Source: an uncultured Candidatus Saccharibacteria bacterium (GTDB lineage: Bacteria; Patescibacteriota; UBA1384; JAMDBS01; DAOVQR01). Taken from it: 64,000 nucleotides of DNA. The stretch's first letter is position 1. Every line of letters starts with the position of its first letter. The notes beneath the pieces are model-generated. The model ran no database searches and was not told where the DNA came from. It saw nothing but the letters and a program-made list of their open reading frames with translations. A program made the position numbers and the translations under genes. This document shows positions 57,948-64,000 of the stretch, piece by piece. The stretch covers positions 29,283 to 93,282 of the forward strand of contig CAYZSW010000002.1 of the NCBI GenBank assembly GCA_964481135.1. The letters are read 5' to 3'.

Positions 57948-59150
57948 ATGAAAAAATATCTTAATATAAAACATTCAATTGTTATTTTTAGTGTTTTAAT
58001 TTTGTCATTATTTATATTTTTTAGTATAACTTTTGCCACTTCAACTTGGACACAGGTTAATGATAGTGGCTTTGGCGATGCAACCAATGTCGGCACTTAC
58101 CCAATTGCAACTTTTAATAATTATATTTACGCTGGAACTTATAATGGAGCTGGAGGACAAGTCTGGAGAAGTTCAAATGGAACCACCTGGACTCAAACTA
58201 ATGAAAGTGGATTTGGCGACGCAAATAATCTTGCTACTTACTCTGGAATTGAGTTTAATGGTTATTTATATATTGGCACAATAAACGGAACTACAGGAGC
58301 CGAAGTCTGGAAATCAGCCAATGGAGCCAATTGGACACAGGCAAATACAGATGGATTTGGAAGTTCATCTAACGAAGCTATTCTTGCTGCAGAAGCTTTT
58401 AATAATTATCTTTATGTGGCTACATATAACACTGTAACAGGCACGCAGGTTTGGAGAACATCTGATGGAGAAAGCTGGGATCAAGCACAAGACGCCAGTG
58501 GTTTTGGATCTATTAATAATATTTATTGTAACTCATTGTATCAATTTGGAAATTACCTATATGCCTTTACCCAAAATTTTGTAAATGGTACTCAAGTGTG
58601 GCGAACATCTAACGGTCTAAATTGGACACAAGTCAATGAAAATGGGTTTGGTGATGCAGATAATTTTGAATCTTTATCACGAGCCACATTTAATAATGAA
58701 ATGTATGTAGGCACTGGCAATATTAATGGTGGACAACTATACAAAACCACTAACGGAACTACTTGGACACAAATAACTGGAATAGATGTGTTGAAAGTTA
58801 ATAATCAAGTTATCATGCCTATTCAAACTACCAGTAACCATATCTACATTGGTACTGCCAATACAAATGATGGAGGGGAAATATGGATATCCACTAATGG
58901 ATCTAGCTGGACTCAAGATAATAATTCTGGATTTGGAGATACAGATAACATAGCTGCGCTTCCTTACGCAATATTAGGAAACTATATTTATGCAGGAACA
59001 TATAATGGCACCACTGGTGGACAAATTTGGAGAAGTCAAATTCCATCAACCCCTACTCCCACTCCAACCTCAGATACAGAAGATTCAGATTCTTCGAGCG
59101 ATTCAACATCTCTAACAACTCTGCCTCGTACCGGCGCACATGCTAAATAG
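57948..59150 (+). CDS. secreted BNR/Asp-box-like repeat beta-propeller protein ending in an LPRTG motif
   Basis: Signal peptide; 7-8 repeats of about 50 aa (Y.Y.GTYNG..G.QVWRSSNGTTWTQ.NESGFGD.NN: S-x-N/D-G-x-x-W-T/D-Q); C-terminal PSTPTPTPTSDTEDSDSSSDSTSLTTLPRTGAHAK, stop TAG, then a strong terminator at 59201-59232. Confidence 0.75.
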   Translation: MKKYLNIKHSIVIFSVLILSLFIFFSITFATSTWTQVNDSGFGDATNVGTYPIATFNNYIYAGTYNGAGGQVWRSSNGTTWTQTNESGFGDANNLATYSGIEFNGYLYIGTINGTTGAEVWKSANGANWTQANTDGFGSSSNEAILAAEAFNNYLYVATYNTVTGTQVWRTSDGESWDQAQDASGFGSINNIYCNSLYQFGNYLYAFTQNFVNGTQVWRTSNGLNWTQVNENGFGDADNFESLSRATFNNEMYVGTGNINGGQLYKTTNGTTWTQITGIDVLKVNNQVIMPIQTTSNHIYIGTANTNDGGEIWISTNGSSWTQDNNSGFGDTDNIAALPYAILGNYIYAGTYNGTTGGQIWRSQIPSTPTPTPTSDTEDSDSSSDSTSLTTLPRTGAHAK

Positions 59151-59200
59151 AAAACTAGAAACTAGACAACTTGAAATTTGTAATAAATAATTAATATACC

Positions 59201-59232
59201 AAAAAAGAATGCTTTTAAAAGCATTCTTTTTT
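59201..59232 (+). terminator. terminator after the BNR gene
   Basis: AAAAAAGAATGCTTTT-AAA-AGCATTCTTTTTT. Confidence 0.75.
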
Positions 59233-59290
59233 ACAGCAATGGATTATCCACCTACGCTCTTTATATTTCACATCGAATTATTCATTCGTG

Positions 59291-59340
59291 TTCCCCGCCT
59301 GTCATGCCTGTAGCAAGGCTCTGACGGGCAGGCATTCAGG
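59291..59340. repeat. GC-rich palindromic element E7
   Basis: CCCCGCCTG-TCATGCCTG-TAGCAAGGCTC-TGACGGGCAGGCATTCAGG; shares CCCGCCTG with E1/E6; upstream lies GATTATCCACCTACGCTC (DnaA-box-like plus the CACCTACG core of E2/E3). Confidence 0.6.
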
Positions 59341-59366
59341 ATGCTTCGGACGGATTTCGCTTCGCT

Positions 59367-59600
59367 TCATTTTTCCAATTTTCCCAATTCTTCTTTGGCA
59401 ACTTTTAACTCTTCTTCTAAATCATTAACATACTCTTTAAGCATCTTTTTCTCATCTGCATCTGTTACTCTCTGAACTTGTTGCCATCCATATCCTCTTC
59501 CAAGTCCTCTACCGCGTCTTAGTCCACCATTACATGGACCCATTCCGCGTCCTGTCATTGGACCATAACCCATTGGACCTGTTCCATCAAATCTTGGCAT
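59367..59600 (-). CDS. DUF5320-family small protein
   Basis: MPRFDGTGPMGYGPMTGRGMGPCNGG... Gly/Arg-rich N-terminus plus a C-terminal coiled coil, as in DUF5320. Confidence 0.65.
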   Translation of the reverse strand: MPRFDGTGPMGYGPMTGRGMGPCNGGLRRGRGLGRGYGWQQVQRVTDADEKKMLKEYVNDLEEELKVAKEELGKLEK

Positions 59601-59630
59601 AATCTATCCTTTCTATATTAAATTAAATCT

Positions 59631-60005
59631 TTATATATTCTGAGGATACCGACCAAATCCTCTTTTAATACCTAATCTTCTTTTTAATTTTGGTGTAAAA
59701 TTTGCATTTTGACCAGAAATAATTTCAATTGCTTTTCCATTAACAAGTGCATCGGTAATTTTTTTTCTTGCTGATTTTAAAATTCTTACTACGGTAGGAC
59801 GCGATATTTTCATTTTTTTAGCTACTTCTTCTTGCTCTAAATTTTCAACATCTTTTAACCTAATTGCCTCCAGTTCATCTGCCTCTAGTTGAATGCTTTC
59901 TAACATTCTAACAGGGACTCCGACTGGTTTAAAAATTGTTGTATTCGGCCAAAATCTTACAAATCTTTTTCTAAATGGACGAGTCATATAACTCCTTTCA
60001 GTCAC
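59631..60005 (-). CDS. DUF134/UPF0251-family predicted DNA-binding protein (sigma-70 region-4-like HTH)
   Basis: FKPVGVPVRMLESIQLEADELEAIRLKDVENLEQEEVAKKMKISRPTVVRILKSARKKITDALVNGKAIEI. Confidence 0.7.
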   Translation of the reverse strand: MTERSYMTRPFRKRFVRFWPNTTIFKPVGVPVRMLESIQLEADELEAIRLKDVENLEQEEVAKKMKISRPTVVRILKSARKKITDALVNGKAIEIISGQNANFTPKLKRRLGIKRGFGRYPQNI

Positions 60006-60257
60006 AAAATTATAATTTCTAATATCTAATTTCTAAATAATATCAAAATTCTAATTATCAAATGTTAAAAACTATTTACTCTAACTCTATTGTGATAATT
60101 CAAATTTTTTATTTTTTGAATATTTGGATTTGTTTAGGATTTAGAATTTCGGTATTAGGATTTATTTATTTATAAACATAAGTTCATAAATAATATTAGC
60201 ATATGTTCATAACTTTGTCAAGTCCTAATACTCAAACTATATAAAAAACATCTCCTA

Positions 60258-60286
60258 CCATATTCCACTCCGTAAGTGGAATATGG
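60258..60286. repeat. exact repeated hairpin (copy 2)
   Basis: Identical 33-mer TACCATATTCCACTCCGTAAGTGGAATATGGTT as at 32838-32870; on the minus strand it follows the gad gene stop with a T-run about 12 nt later. Confidence 0.8.
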
Positions 60287-60390
60287 TTGGCTTATGTCAA
60301 AAAATACCTTGTTAGGGTGATTTTTGTATTTATTTATTAAACAATTAGATCAAATTATTTATCTTTTTGAACTAGCATTTAAAAAATATA

Positions 60391-61788
60391 TTAACAAACT
60401 CTGCCGCGAGTGGTAAATTTTTCGATTTTTCTTTTTGTCTTTGTATCTCCTAATTTCATTCCGGCATTTACAAAATCTTTAAGTAAAATATCAGCCATGC
60501 CACGAGAAAAGTTCTCTCTTACTACCATGCGCATAATTACAATTTTTTCGGCATTTGGAGGCAATGAATAGACAGGAATAATCCAACCTCTTTGGCGTAA
60601 TTTTTCAGACAAATCATACAAATCAAAATTATGTTTTTCTTTTAATTTCACAGCTACAACAGGTAAAAGTTGTGTTGGATTTAATGTGTCAAAAAATCCA
60701 CTATCAATTAATCTTTTAGATAAATATTCTGCATTCGCAATAACATTATTTGCAATACGAGAATATCCTTCTCTACCCAGTCGAATCAAATTATAATATT
60801 GAGCAATAACCATAGAAGACCCTCTAGAAAAGTTTAAAGTATAAGTCGGCATTTCTTCGCCTAAATAATTAACACTAAAAACAATATCTTTTGGCACGTC
60901 TTCTTCATCTCTAAAAATAAGCCATCCAATTCCTGGATATACCAAACCATATTTATGTCCAGAAACATTAATTGATTTAACTTGCTCAAGTCGAAAATCC
61001 CATAACATATCTGGATAGACAAATGGTGCAATAAACCCACCACTTGCTGCATCTACATGAATTGGGATATCCCAACCCTTTTGCTGTTTAATTTTTAAGA
61101 GATGATTATTAATACCTTCTATATCATCATACTGACCTGTAAAAGTTGTACCCAAAATTGCACCAACACAGATGGTATTTTCATCGATACGCCTAGCGAC
61201 TTCTTTTGGACCAATGATGTATCTTCCAACTTCCATTGGAATTATTCTTGGTTCAACATCAAAATATTTAGCAAACTTATCCCAACAAACATGTACATCT
61301 GCACCAAAAACAATATTTGGCTTATCAAATTTTTTCTTTTGTTTTTTTCTTCTATTAATCCATCTCCACTTATGAGCTAAAAGTCCAAGCATTATTGCCT
61401 CTGATGAACCAATAGTAGCAGTACCAACTGATTTTTTATCTTTCGGGGAATTAAAAAGTCGAGCAATCATATTAACACATCTTTGATGAATTACTTCTGT
61501 TTGCGGATATTGATCGTGATCGATAAAATTTTTGTTTATATTTTCTGCAATAAGCTTATTTGCCTCTGGTTCCATCCATGTTGTGCAAAAACTAGCCAAA
61601 TTAAGTGATTGATTACCATCCATATTAAGCTCATCATGCACTAGCTGATAAGCTGCATTTGCAGGTATTGAACGCTGTGGCATTTCAAATTTTGGAGTTG
61701 GCTGGGAAAAATACCGACTCGAATATGTGCTAATGTGTCCATGATTAGATGGATCTAAATCATCTAAATTTTGTTTGCTAGCTAACAT
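60391..61788 (-). CDS. glutamate decarboxylase (PLP-dependent group II decarboxylase)
   Basis: 465 aa; INVSGHKYGLVYPGIGWLIFR (PLP-Lys region), overall GAD-like architecture. Confidence 0.8.
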   Translation of the reverse strand: MLASKQNLDDLDPSNHGHISTYSSRYFSQPTPKFEMPQRSIPANAAYQLVHDELNMDGNQSLNLASFCTTWMEPEANKLIAENINKNFIDHDQYPQTEVIHQRCVNMIARLFNSPKDKKSVGTATIGSSEAIMLGLLAHKWRWINRRKKQKKKFDKPNIVFGADVHVCWDKFAKYFDVEPRIIPMEVGRYIIGPKEVARRIDENTICVGAILGTTFTGQYDDIEGINNHLLKIKQQKGWDIPIHVDAASGGFIAPFVYPDMLWDFRLEQVKSINVSGHKYGLVYPGIGWLIFRDEEDVPKDIVFSVNYLGEEMPTYTLNFSRGSSMVIAQYYNLIRLGREGYSRIANNVIANAEYLSKRLIDSGFFDTLNPTQLLPVVAVKLKEKHNFDLYDLSEKLRQRGWIIPVYSLPPNAEKIVIMRMVVRENFSRGMADILLKDFVNAGMKLGDTKTKRKIEKFTTRGRVC

Positions 61789-61854
61789 AATAACCCCTTT
61801 GTGATTAATTTCTAATTATTCTAATTAACCTAATTGCTCTAAACATTAATTGAA

Positions 61855-61975
61855 AATGGGTTATGGTTAGGATGTCAGCTTTGTTTAGAAGTTAAGTTAT
61901 TGATATTTTACTATTAACTTACTAATTTTATATACTGACTTCTTTACCTTTACCCTCGAACCTATTTTTTTAATC
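61855..61975. repeat. ~115-bp dispersed repeat (copy 2)
   Basis: ATGGGTTATGGTTAGGATGTCAGCTTTGTTTAGAAGTTAAGTTATTGATATTTTACTATTAAC...TATACTGACTTCTTTACCTTTACCCTCGAACCT. Confidence 0.7.
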
Positions 61976-62126
61976 TTATAAATTCGTGTTCGTGTAACTG
62001 GATGTCTTTTTCAATCCTGATAAAATTTACCAAGGAAATCATAACAAGTATTTCAATCACTACTGCAAACACTAAAGCCAAAGTAATTAAAAATCCTATT
62101 GTCATTTTTTTGTGATGTTGATGCAT
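61962..62126 (-). CDS. small membrane protein (54 aa), hypothetical
   Basis: I place the start at the ATG at 62124-62126 with SD AGGAGA 6 nt upstream (MHQHHKKMTIGFLITLALVFAVVIEILVMISLVNFIRIEKDIQLHEHEFIRLKK); the track's longer start overlaps the permease. Confidence 0.45.
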   Translation of the reverse strand: MHQHHKKMTIGFLITLALVFAVVIEILVMISLVNFIRIEKDIQLHEHEFIRLKK

Positions 62127-62139
62127 ATTGTCTCCTAAA

Positions 62140-63543
62140 TTATTTTTTAGGTAACCAACTTGGTTTTCTAAAATGGTAAACAACAAGTGGCATAGCACAC
62201 ATTATTAAGATTCCGAAAACCAAGAATAAATGATAAAAGGTTAAACCTTGTGCACTTTCTATTGGTTGTGGTGGAATAAACCCAATAGCAATAGCGAAAA
62301 TTGCAGTCAAAATTCCAACTCCAGCAGTAATCCACATACCAATTTTTCCTCCTGGCACATTAAATGACCGATGAACATAATCACGAGTATATTTTAATTT
62401 AATTGCAGAAAAATACATAAAAAGGTAAACAATCAAATATAGTTGAACCGCAAGAGCAGATAAGATCCAAAACGAACTAGATACAGATGGCATAAATAAA
62501 AATACCATTGATATCACGCTTACAATTATTCCTTGAAAAATTAAAATATGAGTTTGAACATCATTTTTATTTGTGTGTTGAAAAAATTTTGGCAGACTTC
62601 CATCGTCAGCAGTTCTTAAAAGTGATTTTGAAGGACCAGCAATCCAAGTAGATACTTGGGCTATCATCCCCGGAGCTGCCAATAATGCTAATATTGGAAC
62701 AATCCATTTTAATCCTAGCTCGCCATATACTTTCATAAATGTTTGCATAATACCAGCTGTTAAAGATATTTCATTTGCCGGTAAGATAATGGCAATCGAA
62801 AGAGCACCGAGTAAAAAAATAGAAATAATAATGATTGCTGAAATAAAAATTGCTTTTGGATAATCTTTTTGTGGATTTTCTACCTCCTGCGCATGAGTAG
62901 CAGAAACCTCAATTCCTGCAAAAAATAAAATTATTCCTGAAAAAAAGACAATATTTTGAGTATTAAATTCTGGAATAAAAGATTGTAAATTAAATGAAAT
63001 TTCTGAAGGATTACCAGCTAAAATCCATACCGCAGCAGTTATTAAAATGACAATAAAAGGAACAATTACACCAGAAATAGTTCCAATATTGGTAAGTGCC
63101 GAAGAAGCTTTCAGTCCTTTAAAATTCCAAAAAGTTGCCCCCCAATAAACAACAATGATCACAAGCATTGTATAGTAGGGATTATTTGCAAGTTCAGCAC
63201 TTCCAAATAAATATGCTAATGTTGCAGCTGTTGCAGCAAGTGCTGTAGGATAAAAAACTAAGTTTTGAGACCATTGAAGCCAGGTAGCTACAAAGCCCCA
63301 TTTTGGCCCAAATGCCTCTTTAACCCAAACATAAATTCCACCTTTTTTTGGCCAGCCGGTAGCTAATTCCGCAGAAATTAACGAAGTTGGCAACAAAAAA
63401 AGCAATGCCGCAAGTAATAAGAAAAATACAATCGATGTGCCATATTCAGCCATAAGTGGCAAACCACGCAGAGAACAAATAAGCGCCACATTAATCATTA
63501 CCAAACCAAAAACAGACAATATACCTTTTTTCTTGTTTGACAT
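62140..63543 (-). CDS. APC-family amino-acid permease, GadC-like glutamate:GABA antiporter candidate
   Basis: 467 aa, 12 TM; N-terminal MSNKKKGILSVFGLVMINVALICSLRGLP typical of GadC/APC transporters; directly upstream of the GAD gene. Confidence 0.8.
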   Translation of the reverse strand: MSNKKKGILSVFGLVMINVALICSLRGLPLMAEYGTSIVFFLLLAALLFLLPTSLISAELATGWPKKGGIYVWVKEAFGPKWGFVATWLQWSQNLVFYPTALAATAATLAYLFGSAELANNPYYTMLVIIVVYWGATFWNFKGLKASSALTNIGTISGVIVPFIVILITAAVWILAGNPSEISFNLQSFIPEFNTQNIVFFSGIILFFAGIEVSATHAQEVENPQKDYPKAIFISAIIIISIFLLGALSIAIILPANEISLTAGIMQTFMKVYGELGLKWIVPILALLAAPGMIAQVSTWIAGPSKSLLRTADDGSLPKFFQHTNKNDVQTHILIFQGIIVSVISMVFLFMPSVSSSFWILSALAVQLYLIVYLFMYFSAIKLKYTRDYVHRSFNVPGGKIGMWITAGVGILTAIFAIAIGFIPPQPIESAQGLTFYHLFLVFGILIMCAMPLVVYHFRKPSWLPKK

Positions 63544-63629
63544 ACCCCTCCATTTTTTTAAAATTAAAATTTAAATTAATTATATCACACCTAAATTTTT
63601 TATAATATAAAACTATTAAAAATTGAATA

Positions 63630-63998
63630 TTATAGGTTTTTTAAACCTCTGTGCTTAGTTGTATCTTTATAATAAATTTTTTTATATGATTCTTCATTAT
63701 TATAATCTAAAAAATGTTCTTGGTGTTCCTGAAAAAAATCTACACTTTTATAATTATGTTTAATACTACACCAATAATTTTCTGTATCTCCTGCAATTTT
63801 TGTTAAATACGCAATAAGTCCGTTAGCATACCCACAATAAACACAGCCCATTTTTTGCATTAAACTTAAATAAGATAATTTATGTCGATCAATAATAATA
63901 TATTTTGATCTTCTAACAATTGGGATTCCATAAAGCGGAAAACATATTCTATGATATATTTCAGCGCATATATCACAAATAACCAGTGGTATAAACAT
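63630..63998 (-). CDS. hypothetical Cys-rich protein (may extend beyond window end)
   Basis: C..C......C...C pattern (ICDICAEIYHRIC...GCVYCGY); not recognised. Confidence 0.4.
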   Translation of the reverse strand: MFIPLVICDICAEIYHRICFPLYGIPIVRRSKYIIIDRHKLSYLSLMQKMGCVYCGYANGLIAYLTKIAGDTENYWCSIKHNYKSVDFFQEHQEHFLDYNNEESYKKIYYKDTTKHRGLKNL

Positions 63999-64000
63999 AC

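Noticed and set aside
1-64000. Possibility of an alternative genetic code (UGA=Gly as in some CPR lineages)
   Set aside because: TGA is used as a functional stop in several tightly coupled junctions (mnmA/ctpA, pyrB/pyrI, pyrI/fusion, atpD). All conserved genes have normal lengths under the standard code.

Overview
AT-rich (roughly 28-30% GC by eye) bacterial chromosomal window that uses the standard genetic code: TGA stops are used in overlapping ATGA gene junctions (mnmA/ctpA, pyrB/pyrI, pyrI/pyrCDFE). The gene content and style resemble a reduced, host-dependent genome of the CPR/Patescibacteria type: a V/A-type ATPase operon, many small low-complexity insertions in housekeeping genes, four-helix-bundle (23S-IVS-type) proteins and surface-protein islands. 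Housekeeping blocks: ctpA(partial)-mnmA-dNK-iscU-(four-helix)-iscS-tatD-metG-acyP-rsmI-rsmA on the minus strand; a complete V/A-ATPase operon (H-I-K-E-C-F-A-B-D) plus a Na/Pi transporter on the plus strand; a translationally coupled pyrB-pyrI-[pyrC-pyrD-pyrF-pyrE single 1227-aa fusion] operon preceded by an OTCase-like gene; uvrD, dnaB, dnaX; ftsB-like and ftsH; five tRNAs (Glu-CTC, Ile-TAT, initiator Met, elongator Met, Gln-CTG) plus tRNA-Gln-derived fragments; a gadB/gadC-like pair. Accessory/surface region (about 36.8-52 kb, 57-59 kb): a duplicated module of signal-anchored SAM-methyltransferase-fold genes convergent with tail-fibre-like variable surface proteins (identical 5' ~960 bp, divergent middle), an ankyrin protein, an L,D-transpeptidase, a CAP-domain protein, a 984-aa Ig/FN3 surface protein, and a sortase next to a BNR-repeat LPRTG protein. 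Main hunt results: (1) families of small GC-rich palindromic elements and AT-rich 8-bp-unit mini-repeats inserted in frame into conserved coding sequences (RPE-like) as well as intergenically; (2) the four-enzyme pyrimidine fusion; (3) the variable fibre/adhesin cassette system; (4) an ORF-free region downstream of dnaB holding a GC-elevated structured segment, AT-rich repeats and two perfect DnaA boxes; (5) an odd tRNA-Gln locus with a CUA-anticodon tRNA fragment, and a tRNA-Ile(UAU).
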